Source: Eledone cirrhosa
Taxonomy: Eukaryota
Assembly: GCA_964016885.1 (NCBI GenBank)
Contig: OZ024746.1
Span: 6,696,001-6,760,000, forward strand
DNA: 64,000 nucleotides
Direction of reading: 5' to 3'
Shown: in pieces, positions 13,626-27,584 of the stretch
Numbering within the stretch: position 1 is the stretch's first letter
How the letters are laid out: each line of letters begins with the position of its first letter
Position numbers and translations under genes: made by a program
Notes under the pieces: generated by a model
Database searches by the model: none
What the model was told of the DNA's origin: nothing
The model's input: the letters and a program-made list of their open reading frames with translations, nothing else

Positions 13626-15745
13626 ATGGGTTCCAATGATTCGGTGGAAGTAACTGATCTTGTGGGAATTTATATCACCCACAGACTACAAGGAAAATTC
13701 TAGGATCTCCACGGTGGACTCTACCCTGACGATGCGCTTCTATTAGTTAAGCATATAAATAACCAGAATTTAGAAAGGATGCGTAAAAATATTAGAAAGC
13801 TTTTTAAGGAACTAGGATTAAATATTACGTTTGAATATAACCTCAAAGAGGTTTAATTTCCTTGATGTTACTTTGAATCTCAATACAGAAACGATTAAAC
13901 CGTTCCATAAACTAAATGAGAACCTTAAATGTGTAAATACGGGTTCTAACCATCCACCCTCTATAATTAAATCCATCCCTAGAAATATTTCCCTTAGAAT
14001 CTCCCGCCTGTCGTCCAACCAGCAAACCTTCAAAGAACATGCAGAATATTATGATGATGCACTTAGGAAGGCTGGACACCTAGATAATATAGAGTATATA
14101 GTCGACGATCACCAAAACACCCAAAATAAATCTCATAGAGGTAGAAATAGCATAGAATCACCACCATACATACACTACCGCAATAGACACAATAATAGTC
14201 GCACACCACCAAATAGAAGGTGATGTAAAGAGTATATATGGTACAACCCGGTCTATAACAACTCTATTAAAACCAATCTACCCTCACAATTCTTTCGATT
14301 AGTTAAAAAACACTTTCCAACATCACATAAATATAATAAAATCTTAAACCCTAACACTATTCGACTTTCATATTCAACCGCCCCTAATATTGAACAACAT
14401 ATAAAAAAGCTTAACGCAAAATGGTTGTATAAACGCCGTCCAACACATAACAATACACGTAAAACATCGGCTATAACATCACAAAACAACAAACAACATC
14501 CCGTCCTGCCTAAGCAACCTCATCAACCCATCCATGCTAATACAACAATGCAAAATTATAACTGTAACTGTGTCCACCCAGGAATGTGTCCGTTGAACAA
14601 TCAGTGTCTTGAACGCAACATCATATACAAATGTACTATCGAATCGGGTAGCCAGAAGTGGTACTATGTGGGGTCTACAGCTACCTCCTTCAAATCTCGC
14701 CTTTATAGACATCGTTACTCGATAAAACATGAAAACCAGCGTTATGTAACAACACTCGCAGACAAGGCTTGGCAGCTGCGCGAAAATAACCAACAATTTA
14801 ACCTAAAATGGGATATAATAGTATCTGCCCCTGCATATTTCCAAGGACAGGAATTTTGTAAATTGTGTAATATGGAATTATTTTGTATTATGAAATCCAA
14901 AAATATTTTATTAAATAACAAATAGAGCGATCGTTATACTGTAACCATCGCTTGAAATCTACATTTTCATATTACAAACGCTACCAGGATTGAACGCCTG
15001 TCTCCATCTTCGTTTGATTGTCAAAATACATATTAACATTCTCTATTAGTCTTAATTCTATCAACTCTTCTATTCTTTACCATTTAATATAAACTGCTAT
15101 AGATAAAATGAGATTTCTTAATTCAATTCCCTAATGCATATACCAGCAGGCTACCAGCATTGTTGTTATACAGTAGCAGTGAAAATCTCCCTCTTCCTTA
15201 ATTGACACTTTATATCTGTATTAATACTACTACACCAAACGACCAGCCCTGTCCATTGTTCAATTGGTCAAATATAGATTAAAATAGGCACTCCCAAAAA
15301 TTCTTATTTAGATAAAATAAGCCATATACTCATTGTATTCTCATTAAAAACCTTCTATATACTTGTTTACCAGTAAATTGAATTGCCATCTGTCATATAC
15401 TATCCCCTCGCTTCTTCCTTTCTTACAACTAATATAAATACTTCAATTTTTCTGATTTTTTCCAATCTATCCAATATCTCTGAAGAAGTGACAACTGATT
15501 ATACATTTGCTATCGAATACTTGCTAACATTATATGATTACGCAAGCAGCAATACATAGGTATTCCGTCTGTTACAGAAACATATGTCAATACCTAATAA
15601 ATTCCTTTATAAAAGCACTTTCATTTTATATTCATCTTTTCTACATTTTCTCCGGAATATAATTTATACTCGTTGAGCAAACCTACACGTACGCTGTTCA
15701 TCTCTAACGTGACGATATATTATCACTACATTCTTGATAACTTGA

Positions 15746-15750
<5 letters not shown>
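13626..15750 (+). mobile_element. Decayed Penelope-like element (Naiad-like): RT C-half, thumb, CNC-x5-C-x5-C finger, GIY-YIG, 3' tail
   Basis: MGSNDS.EV.DLVG..GLYPDD (YRDD mutated), NFLDVTL, SNHPPSII, IWYNP, CNCVHPGMCPLNNQCL..IIYKC..YVGST..FKSR; hammerhead-like CTGAAGA...GAAACATATGTC at 15480-15588. Confidence 0.85.
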
Positions 15751-15796
<46 letters not shown>

Positions 15797-15815
15797 ATTT
15801 ATATATATATATATA

Positions 15816-15865
<50 letters not shown>

Positions 15866-16288
15866 GTATATATATATTCAATAGATATGTATATATATAT
15901 ATATATAATTTATATATATATATATATATTGAACACACCGACTCATAATTGCCAAGTGAAAATCTTAACCCCTCTGTTATGCCTGCATACAAAGACATAT
16001 GCCTGCAAACACACACATACACACACAAACATAGTCACACATATATAGTTGTGTGTGTTTTGAGAGAAGTGTGTGTTTTGAGGGCGGTGCCCCAGCATGG
16101 CCTCAGCCGGATGGCTGAAACAGGTAAAAGAGTAAAAGAGTATATATATATATATATAATTTATATATATATATATAATTTATATATATATAAATTATAT
16201 ATATATATATATATATATAATTTATATATGTGTGTATGTGCGCGTGTGTGTATTCTTTACATATATGCGCATACATACCTAAATGATT

Positions 16289-16364
<76 letters not shown>

Positions 16365-16589
16365 TCATTTATTATGTCTAAATGTTGGGCCTTATTTCAG
16401 TAGAGTTTCACCTGCACACTGGCAGCTTCGTCAGATAGACAAGATTCATGGAAGAAAGGGGGGTATGTGTTGTTTTAATGTAGTGGAGGAGGGGTGGGTG
16501 GTGTTTCAGTATAGAGGGGGGAGGGGTTATGCTGAGAGAGGAAATAAAACTGACTGAAAAATGGAATTACTTGAACAGTGGGCGTGGTA

Positions 16590-16930
16590 TATACGATGGT
16601 GATGATGGTGGGGGTGTTGATAGTAGTGGTGGTTGTGGTGGTAGTGATGTTGGTGGTGATGATGGTGGTGGTGGTGATGAAGGTGGTTTTCTGGTGGTGG
16701 TGGTGGTGGTGGTGGTGATGGTGGTGGTTGGTGGTGATGGTGGTGGTGGTGGTGGTGGTGGTGGTGGTGGTGGTGGTGGTGGTGGTGGTGGTGGTGGTGG
16801 TGGTGGTGGTGGTGGTGGTGGTGGTAACGATGTTGATGCTGGTGATGGTGATGGTGACGATGATGATGGTAATGATGGTGATGATGATGGTGATGATGAT
16901 GATGGCAATGATGATGATGATGATGATAGT
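16590..16930. repeat. (GGT)n/(GAT)n microsatellite
   Basis: Direct inspection. Confidence 0.95.
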
Positions 16931-17429
16931 GTTGAGATTTTACCGTTTCTGTTATCGAAAATATTTTGTCTGATGACGTGTGAGTGAAACTCCGGGGTAA
17001 CTTATAATAAATCAATAATTCTATCGGTATTGAGTACTCTTTCTTGCTTCTCTCAAAACACACACAACTATATATGTGTGGCTATGTTTGTGTGTATATG
17101 TGTGTGTTTGCAGGCATATGTCTTTGTATGCAGGCATAACAGAGGGGTTAAGATTTTCACTTGGCAATTATGAGTCGGTGTGTTCAATATTATTGCGTGA
17201 TATAAGTATTGTTACTATAACCACGGGTTAACCCATGCGTTGCGAGTAAGATTTGGTAGACAGAAACTGTGTGTAGGCCTGTTGGATGCATTGTACCTAT
17301 AATTCAAATGCCCAACTTTGTGAACCATTGTATTGTGTTGGGTGATCTGGTTTGGGAATTAATTCAAAGGTACACGTGTTTGTGAAATACTGAACAACTT
17401 ACACGTTAATTCAACATTTGAATGCATAT

Positions 17430-17690
17430 TGTCGAAATCGACGGAGGATCCATCATAATTATATATAGCTGGACATGCTCACCGATATCCAGAGTTGACA
17501 CTGCACTTAGTGGTCCTGTGGGAGCCCCTGCATGGACACACTGGAAGAGGAAGACTGAGGTTAACATATGTTGATGCCCTAAAGACAGACACCGGTCTCT
17601 TGAAGACGCAGGATATGGCAGCGATGAGGGACAGAGACCGCTGGAGAGAACTCGTCCATGGATCTTGGGAATTTTACCCGCCCTAGTCAT
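17430..17690 (+). mobile_element. RTE-type LINE 3' end
   Basis: LWEPLHG..GRGR...TYVDALK.DTGL....M.DRDRWR. Confidence 0.7.
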
Positions 17691-18065
17691 CTTTAATCTT
17701 ATATATATATATATATATATTTGGTGTGGGATGCTTAAAGCGTCCGTATGCGGTAGGCTGTTTGAGCACTCGATGCTCTTACAGAGCAGAGTATAATATC
17801 ACATAAGAAACGGAGAATCAGAGGTGCGACGAATTAAAATTTATTAGATATATTACAATCGTTTCTCTGGCGACCAGCTCAAGGCACGATCGATGCAATG
17901 ATTGAACCTGACTCTGAAAGAATCGAGACGTATCTGAGTATCTTGCGATTTCAGAGTCAGGTTCGATCATTGCATCGATCGTGCCTTGAGCTGGTCGCCA
18001 GAGAAACGATTGTAATATGTCTAATAAATTTTAATTCGTCTCACCACTGATTCTCCGTTTCTTAT

Positions 18066-18115
<50 letters not shown>

Positions 18116-18902
18116 TTAGTGAATGTTTGTGATTTCAAACAGAGAAAAGTAAGCAATACATACAAAGGAGAGTGTTTTAAAATTAAGCTGAAATTTGTTG
18201 ACTTGTTATTCTCCATATCGTTTTGCCAATTCAACTGATTGCAATATTATTCTCAAACGCCGAAATCTGATTAGACATCACTACATCAATATTTGATTGG
18301 TTACCGAAACACATAAGAAAATACCTCACACTTTCATGCATTCAACTTCTATGTGCAACACACATGATATTTATAAACAAGGAAAGTGGATATTTTTACT
18401 GACGTCTGAATAAATGAATGTTTCTTTTAATTTTATCATCGTCCTACATGATATTGAAAATCCATTATGCAAAAAATAACCTACTTTAGCGAGTTGATGG
18501 CATTTCTTCAATAAATAACAATGGAAGCTTCTTCAAGAATTCGACAGTACTCATATTTTATTCAAAATTTCAAAAGTCTTTAATAGAAAGTTATATATCA
18601 CCAAGAGACAGAAATCATACATTTTGTATCTATTAATATAAGGGAACATGTGTTTTACAAGGCCTATCAATTTCATATTATCCTTTAAAGTTCGGTAGAG
18701 ATCACAGCTCCAATACTATGGGCATGGGGTTAAACCAACCGGCAGGTGACCCAGGGGTAGACCCAAAGTAAAGATGATTGGATAACATCCATGAGCTTGG
18801 CTGGTCTCACTTGGAGATCCAGCCGGATCAGTTGGAGACGGTTGCTTCTAACGGGACCTTGCTGGAAGGAGTGTTTGAGGACTCTCCTCCCACGACCCTA
18901 TC

Positions 18903-19089
18903 AAGAAGAAGAAGAAGAAGAAGAAGAAGAAGAAGAAGAAGAAGAAGAAGAAGAAGAAGAAGAAGAAGAAGAAGAAGAAGAAGAAGAAGAAGAAGAAGAA
19001 GAAGAAGAAGAAGAAGAAGAAGAAGAAGAAGAAGAAGAAGAAGAAGAAGAAGAAGAAGAAGAAGAAGAAGAAGAAGAAGAAGAAGAAGA
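18903..19089. repeat. (GAA)n microsatellite
   Basis: About 62 perfect units. Confidence 0.97.
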
Positions 19090-19422
19090 CTCCCGCTGTA
19101 CTTGGAGATTGAAATGTTAGGGTGTTTCTGAATGTCCAATTGCATAATTAAGTGTTTATCTCTAAAGCCTGTATCCTTTTCTTTTAGTCTCCTCATTCGG
19201 TGAGTTCTGAGTTTAGTTATAGTTAGATTTATAGAAGAAAGGAACTTATACTGGCTATTGATGCAGTTGAGTTGTTGGTATAACTCTAGCTTCACATAAA
19301 GTTATAATTATATAAATATATTATTACAATGATATTATATGCTTTATGTATAAAATACTATGTTTCTCTAACGATATATGGCTCTTTATCTCTTTCTATA
19401 AATACATATATCTTTTAATTTG

Positions 19423-19474
<52 letters not shown>

Positions 19475-20049
19475 AGGGACCGTATATTCATTCCGCCATT
19501 ACCACCAAACAGGCCCGACGTGCAATTGATTATAGAGTCGGGCTAGATCGATGCAGATCGAACCTTGAGCTTATCAATAGCGAAACGCGCGTCACCAACC
19601 AATAATCGTAATGAAGTAGTAACCACTCGTCCTTGTTTTATTTTATTATATATATATATATACATAGAGAGAGAGCGGGGAGTTGTGGTCCCCAAAAATG
19701 TATACCCACCTTGATTACCTGTACAGGCAATATTTATTAGAATGCTGTTGAAATGTGTATACATTTTTGAGGACACTCTGTATATATCTTTAATTTGAAT
19801 TATATATACATAATTATATGTAAGGTTTAGAAAAAATACTGGCAGCATTGGAACGAAAATTGAGACTATAGTGAATACGGCAGAATATATTTTGTTGCCT
19901 ATTTTTTTCTTTCAGGAATAATATTAATGATTTGTATGTAATATATTCTATCGTTTACCCATCTATCGTTTAATCAAATCATTGCAGTAATGAACAGCAA
20001 AGCTAAATGATTCCCTATTAGGGAATAAGCTGAGATATTGAGGGAAAGC

Positions 20050-20630
20050 TGGAAATAAGTTTATTGTAATTTATTTCTCGTTAGGTTTGTTATAAAGGCA
20101 ACATTTATCAATAACTAAATTTAGAGGTATTTCTAAGTCATTAACAATTCTTAGATTCATATACACTGTGGTCATTAATTTGCTGAATACCTTTGTAATA
20201 CCATCCATTTTATGGACATTCATAGTTCGAAAAAGGACTAATTTATCACTACGACAAAGACTGAATTATTTGAAGCAAAAACTCTTCTGAAGTAAATCTA
20301 TGATTTAAAATCATATTAATTCACAATTATCAGCCCAATTTTATGGCCCCATTGATACATCAAATTATTTCTGGTCACTACGTTCAGTCAACACAAAAGA
20401 TTTATCCTAAAAGAGAAAACATTTCTTAGTATGTGTAAAACACTATTCAATGTCCAAATCGCTAATTTGACTAAAAGCTCTATCGAATTCTAAAGCTTTA
20501 TGGAGATAGGTTTTCGTTACAGATAGACAGTACTCTCTGATATCGAAGTGCATAAATTTACAAAAGTACTTATTACATGTACTACTAAAGCACTTAATGA
20601 GAAAATGTTATTCCATAACGGAAAATAGGT
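20050..20630 (-). mobile_element. Highly decayed PLE RT remnant
   Basis: Fragments such as FDVSMG and KFMHFDIREY on the minus strand. Confidence 0.45.
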
Positions 20631-22399
20631 GATTCCTTCCAGGCTGGAAATATGGAAACTGAATTAGTTTTATTGATTCTACATATATAGAATATATTAA
20701 TTTGCAATTGCGTTCCCTGATAAAATTAACTTTTGTTCTTCTTCTCCCACTTATTCCCGAGAGGCTCGTGGGGGAAGAGTCATCAAACACCCTTTCCAGC
20801 GGGTCCTGTCAGATGCAACCGTCTTCAATTAATCAGGCTCGATCCCCAAGCAAGACCAGCCAAGCTCATGAATGTTATCCAACCATTTTTGCTTGGGTTA
20901 TATCCCTGGATCGTCAGTCGGTTGGTTTTGCTCTTAAGATATGTCCAGCGATTCATAGAGTTATTGCCAGGAAATCGATGAAATTGATGAAAGAAATACA
21001 GCATGTATCGAACATTAATCAATAGAAATGGTCCAATGGTCGTGCACGACAACGCTCAACCAACAATACAGATGTTAAACGAATTAGTTTAGGGAACTGT
21101 GACTCTTCCAGGATACACACTGGATCTTTCATTAACCAAGTCTTTTCAAGAATTTCGACAACTTCAAGATAGGAAAAGTAGTAAACAATCTAACAGCCGC
21201 AAAAAATAACTTTGAAAAATGCATCGCTTCCAGTATTCTATGTTATCGAAATAAACTTGTATCTTATTGACAATAATCTGTAAAAAAAATTAACGGATTT
21301 TCTTTCGATCAATAAAGTTTACTCTGCTCTGAGACATATCATTTTAAATATAATGATTAAATGGTATGATATAGTATTACCCAGTAATACCTTATGGAGT
21401 CGTAGGGGAGCCGTAATGACATACGGAGTTTCTTGAACATTCTAAATCTGGCAGAACCCATCTCCTCTCCAGGCCTGAATACAGCAGCATCCAGAAAAGG
21501 ATAGAGAGAATGAGAAAATGGAAGAACGTTTAAAAGCAGGTAGTAATTATTTTCGGCAATTCAAGAATCGGTGGACAGATTTTATGGGCCAAACCAACTA
21601 ACAGGAGACCCATGAGTGCCCCCCCCCCCCCCGAGCAAGATGGTTGGATAGCATCAATGACCTTGACTGGTCTCGTTTGGTGAGTGATCCAGCCAGGTCA
21701 GTTGGAGACGGTTGCTTCTGACAGGACCCACTGGAAGAGAGAGTGTTTGAGGACTGTAATTCCTGAGAGAATATGCTCCGAAATCATTAGACGTGTCCGT
21801 CGAACCAGCGGGTCCAGAATCAGACTGGTCCACACAATGATCGCGTCTCGAGCTGTCCGCCGGCGAAACACACAATAAATTGAGTTCAGATGCACCACTG
21901 ATTTTTCGTTTTCTATTATATCATACTCTGCTCTGTAAGAGCATAGAGTGCTCAACCGGCATACCGCCTATGGAAGCATCTTAGCTACCATCAGACACAC
22001 ACATATATATATATATGCGTGTAGTGTGTGTGAGTGTAGTGTGTGTATGTGTGTGTGTGTGTGTTTTGACTAAATGTATTTCGTCTGTAGATGAATAATT
22101 TATCCGATTTATTGAAAGTCAATGCTATAAATTGGTTAAATAAATCTTGCACAGTTCGATTTTCCTATGAATGTTAATTCGTCAAGATCAATAATCTGTT
22201 TCTGTTTCTATCTAATTTTTCAGCATTAGAAAAATTATATACTTATACTAATGGTCACGTGATTGTATATGATAGACATGAATAGAGAGGGAGAGGGGGG
22301 AAGAAAGGAATTGTAGGATAGAGAGAGAGGGGGAGAGGGGAAGAAAGTGTGTGAAAGAGAGAGAGGGGAGAGAGGAAGAAAGTGTGTGAAAGAGAGAAA

Positions 22400-22775
22400 T
22401 AATTGTTTCTACTTTTTTGGCACAAGGCCAGCAATTACCCAGTACATTACTGGTACTTTATTTTATCGACCCCGTAAGGATGAAAGGCAAAATTAACCTC
22501 GGCGGGATTTGAACTCAGACCGTAAAGGGACGTAACTACGCTGGAAAGCATGTCCGACCCTCTACCGATACTGCCAATTCACCGCCCCTTTAATTGTTTC
22601 TATTTTTGGCACAAGGCCAGCAATTACTCAGTGTATTACTGGTACTTTATTTTATCGACCCCGTAAGGATGAAAGGCAAAGTCAACCTCGGCGGGATTTG
22701 AACTCAGAATGGAAAGGGCCGTAACTCTTTGCGTCAAAGCATGGCGTCCGACCCTCTACCGATACTGCCAATCCG
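22400..22775 (-). mobile_element. Two tandem copies of the dominant tRNA-derived SINE (others at ~5570, 9185, 9600, 23700, 29400, 29855, 33680, 43150, 43400, 47375, 58500, 58720, 61200)
   Basis: B-box GAGTTCAAATCCC, conserved body GCCTTTCATCCTTACGGGGTCGATAAAATAAAGTACCAGT, 3' end GTAGAAACAATTATT. Confidence 0.85.
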
Positions 22776-22964
22776 CGCGAAAGAGAGAAATAATGAATGA
22801 AAAAATAATCATGAATTACTACTTTCAACACTTTGTGTCGCGATTTCTAGGTTGTCTCTCTTGATTTTTAAAAAAAAAACAGATTTAGTCGTTTAGTTTA
22901 CATATTGAGACCCCAACCCATCCTATTTATTTTATAACATATAGGATTTCTGGTAATGTACTTT

Positions 22965-23450
22965 TTTTCAGTTTGACCGACATATAGTTCTTCACAATTC
23001 GGGCATTTAATGCAGTAAATTAGATTTCTGCTTTTGCAGTTCATATTTGCATTTGTTAATATTTTTCCAGTTTTTGTTTTCATATATTGACCGGCGTGTA
23101 TGGATTGACATGTGCCACATCGACTATCATTGCATTTAGATACAGTGAATGATTGGTCTTTGTTGTTAAGGTCAAAATTTGCTTTTGTTAGTAATTGCTT
23201 CAAATTTTTCTGGTCTTTTACTAAGAGTCAAAGATCGATCTGTGATTAAGCCTTTTAATTCATTACTTTGAGCAATGATCGGTAGGTTTGCTTTGGCAGT
23301 GTTGAAAATATTCTGGTGACATGGGTTGTGTGTAAATAAATGGTATGATCAGTTCTTGGTTTCTTCTTCCTTGGGTTGTCCTAAGTTGTTGTATAGGTAT
23401 TTTTATAGCCCGCTGTATGCCATTTTCTATAAGTAAAGATGGGTATTGTT
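22965..23450 (-). mobile_element. Penelope-like fragment (Cys-rich linker + GIY-YIG start)
   Basis: KQLLTKA...KCNDSRCGTC...MNCKSRNLIYCIKCPNCEELYVGQT. Confidence 0.8.
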
Positions 23451-24163
23451 GAGGATCCCGTTAAGGGTGAAAGCAGCGATACTTTGCTTAAACTTCGATC
23501 TGTTATTTTAATCATTATATGCTGTAGGGTTCTTATATATTTGATATATATTTATCTTTATCGAGCCCTCTTTGGATTTTAGTCTTCGTATTTATTATTA
23601 TTACTATATATACGTGTGTGTGTGCAGAGAGAGATAGAGAAAGAAAGAGAGAGATATAAAATCCCGATCGCGGTGGCAAGCGGTTTCGGCTTGTGTGTTC
23701 AACAAGCCTTTCCAAGTCTAAACCGCTTAGCGCCCTTTACGTTCTGAGTTCAAATCCCGCTGAGGTTAGCTTTGCCTTTCATCCTCACGGGGTCGATAAA
23801 ATAAAATATCAGTCACGCACTGGGGTCGATTGAATCGACTTTTCCCCTCCCCCAAAATTGGTGGCTTTGTGCCTAAATCAGAAATGAGACTATTATATTG
23901 GGAATACAGTAATTAAGAAATATAAATTAGGGACAGTTAAGTCCAAAACACTGGAAAGAGAACATTAATATTTAAGTAAACAAAATTAGCTTCCATGAAA
24001 TTTTCCCCTCAACTTGACAATGTTATAAATTAACAACTTTACTCTCGGGGAGGGGGGGGTTAACCCAGGTTGGGAACCATCTCAATACCAACAATAAGAA
24101 TTCTTCTGAACATCAATACAATTCAAATGAAACAAAACAGTGGAATTATTTCATTACAAAGAT

Positions 24164-26002
24164 AGTAACTTAACATGTGGTTCTTATATAAAATATAGGA
24201 CAGTAACTTAACATGTGGTTCTTATATAAAATATAGGACAGTAACTTAACATGTGGTTCTTATATAAAATATAGGACAGTAACTTAACATGTGGTTCTTA
24301 TATAAAATATAAGACAGTAACTTAACATGTGGTTCTTATATAAAATATAAGACAGTAACTTAACATGTGGTTCTTATATAAAATATGACAGTAACTTAAC
24401 ATGTGGTTCTTATATATAATATAGGACAGTAACTTAACATGTGGTTCTTATATAAAATATAGGACAGTAACTTAACATGTGGTTCTTATATAAAATATAA
24501 GACAGTAACTTAACATGTGGTTCTTATATAAAATATAAGACAGTAACTTAACATGTGGTTCTTATATAAAATATGACAGTAACTTAACATGTGGTTCTTA
24601 TATATAATATAGGACAGTAACTTAACATGTGGTTCTTATATAAAATATAGGACAGTAACTTAACATGTGGTTCTTATATAAAATATAAGACAGTAACTTA
24701 ACATGTGGTTCTTATATAAAATATAAGACAGTAACTTAACATGTGGTTCTTATATAAAATATAGGACAGTAACTTAACATGTGGTTCTTATATAAAATAT
24801 AGGACAGTAACTTAACATGTGGTTCTTATATAAAATATAGGACAGTAACTTAACATGTGGTTCTTATATAAAATATAGGACATTAACTTAACATGTGGTT
24901 CTTATATAAAATATAGGACAGTAACTTAACATGTGGTTCTTATATAAAATATAAGACAGTAACTTAACATGTGGTTCTTATATAAAATATAGAACAGTAA
25001 CTTAACATGTGGTTCTTATATAAAATATAGGACAGTAACTTAACATGTGGTTCTTATATAAAATATAAGACTGTAACTTAACATGTGGTTCTTATATAAA
25101 ATATAGGACAGTAACTTAACATGTGGTTCTTATATAAAATATAAGACAGTAACTTAACATGTGGTTCTTATATAAAATATAGGACAGTAACTTAACGTGT
25201 GGTTCTTATATAAAATATAGGACAGTAACTTAACATGTGGTTCTTATATAAAATATAAGACAGTAACTTAACATGTGGTTCCTATATATAATATAGGACA
25301 GTAACTTAACATGTGGTTCTTATATAAATTATAAGACAGTAACTTAACATGTGGTTCTTATATAAAATATAGGACAGTAACTTAACATGTGGTTCTTATA
25401 TAAAATATAGGACAGTAACTTAACGTGTGGTTCTTATATAAAATATAAGACAGTAACTTAACATGTGGTTCTTATATAAAATATAAGACAGTAACTTAAC
25501 ATGTGGTTCTTATATAAAATATAGGACAGTAACTTAACATCTGGTTCTTATATAAAATATAGGACAGTAACTTAACATCTGGTTCTTATATAAAATATAA
25601 GACAGTAACTTAACATGTGGTTCTTATATAAAATATAGGACAGTAACTTAACATGTGGTTCTTATATAAAATATAGGACAGTAACTTAACATGTGGTTCT
25701 TATATAAAATATAGGACAGTAACTTAACATGTGGTTCTTATATAAAATATAAGACAGTAACTTAACATGTGGTTCTTATATAAAATATAAGACAGTAACT
25801 TAACATGTGGTTCTTATATAAAATATAAGACAGTAACTTAACATGTGGTTCTTATATAAAATATAGGACAGTAACTTAACATGTGGTTCTTATATAAAAT
25901 ATAGGACAGTAACTTAACATGTGGTTCTTATATAAAATATAGGACAGTAACTTAACATGTGGTTCTTATATAAAATATAGGACAGTAACTTAACATGTGG
26001 TT
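24164..26002. repeat. 38-bp AT-rich minisatellite, ~48 copies
   Basis: Unit AGTAACTTAACATGTGGTTCTTATATAAAATATAGGAC. Confidence 0.97.
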
Positions 26003-27055
26003 ACGCGAAACTTGTTTTATTCCATTTGTATTCCCATTTCAGGGTCAACTTCCTTTCAAAGTATTTCCCATTATGGGTTCTTTTGGCTGTATTACATTAC
26101 AGACAAGCAAGCAAGCAATCACAGAGTTTTAGTTGTATATAGATAGATAATAATAATATTCTATTCGTTTGCAAGCAGACAGCCTCATTATTCTGTTTTT
26201 TAGACGACCATCGCCATCTTTTGTTGTAGCAGTGACAGAGAGAAACAATCGACAATATTGTTCTTGGGTTATTGTCCTTTGTCAAGATTGTGTATCTCTC
26301 TTCTATCACACACTAGAACTCTTGAGAATATATAGTATTCTCTAAAGTATAATCACTTGGCATGCAAATTAGGCTAATCAGCTGATTAGAGAATACTATA
26401 TACTCTCAAGAGTTCTACTGTGTGACTGAGAAGAGAGGTACACAATCTTGTTCAGGGTTTACCTCTAGTCTCCTGCTGGTTGGTTTCGCCCGTAAAATCT
26501 ATCGAGCGATTCTTTCCTGAGACATTTTAACCACATGTCCAGAGTATCGGAGCTGTGATCTCTCAATTCGGAGAAGTAGCTGCTCTACCTGGAGCGACTT
26601 ACAGATCTCCTGAGACATTCTAAACCCCATGTCCTGGGGCGACTCTCTCATCTCCGTGCTACACACTCTATCAATATATTAGAACCACTGACCAAACAAT
26701 GTACGGTGTTCTAAATCGAAACCTAGAACAACAATATTGACTTTTCTCAATATTTATGCAGTATACGATCCTTAGAGAGGTTTAGGAGTTGTACCCATCA
26801 GTGTTTCATTCGTTATCTCTAACGTGTCTCATCACCTCCAGCTTGTATAGTAAACAGTTTACCTATCAGTTCCTCATTAGTACTACTCTTTTCTTGAACT
26901 CTCAACCTCCCCATGTTTACCGTCCAAACATTGAGAAACACAGGCTTAAGGTAACTGTCAACCACATTACTTTCTCTTGTTAAGAAACAGCCTCAAGTGA
27001 TATGAACAATAATCTTCTTTCTCAGGTTACACAACACACACACACACACACACAC

Positions 27056-27086
<31 letters not shown>

Positions 27087-27237
27087 CGCACGTACACACA
27101 CATATACATACACACACACACATATATACACACATACACGAGCACACATACATACATACACACACACATACATACATACATACATACATACATACATACA
27201 TACATACATACATACATACATACATACATACATACAT

Positions 27238-27562
27238 GGTGGCTGCCAACTCGTTTTCGAGTACGGCCACTACTTTATATCCATGTAGGAGAACTCCTAC
27301 CGATGCGCTGAACGAGTGTGACTTTTTAGTCCAGCCAGCGACTTGAAAACTCTGGTACTAACACTACACCTGTGACAATTATTGACACATAGTGCTGGGC
27401 CCATGGTACCATGTGACGACAAGTGCAGAGAGATCTCCAGATATAAAGCAATGCCTGTGCCGTGAAGCTTTTATAGTGAGCAAAGGCACTGCACAAAGCC
27501 AGTCCCACTCTCTTAACCAAGATGATATTTACCAAAAAGAAGAACAAGTCAACATCATTGGA
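27238..27562. repeat. Interspersed repeat, near-identical copy at 40439-40765; partial relatives at ~3480-3680 and ~42690-42960
   Basis: GGTGGCTGCCAACTCGTTTTCGAGTACGGCC... shared; sits in ACAT/AT microsatellites. Confidence 0.75.
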
Positions 27563-27584
27563 TACATACATACATACAAAGCAC

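Noticed and set aside
14221-14223. In-frame TGA in the Naiad-like ORF as selenocysteine
   Set aside because: It falls in the Arg-rich RR*CK stretch, so CGA->TGA decay is more likely; the Zn-finger Cys codons are ordinary TGT, the copy has other lesions, and no SECIS was recognised
16527-19295. Poly-His/Pro/Gly/Arg/Glu/Leu ORFs
   Set aside because: (GGT)n, (GAT)n and (GAA)n microsatellites with no splice context
24164-26002. CRISPR-like array (also 5731-6263, 30672-33436, 38531-39521)
   Set aside because: Head-to-tail repeats with no unique spacers and no cas genes; eukaryotic context
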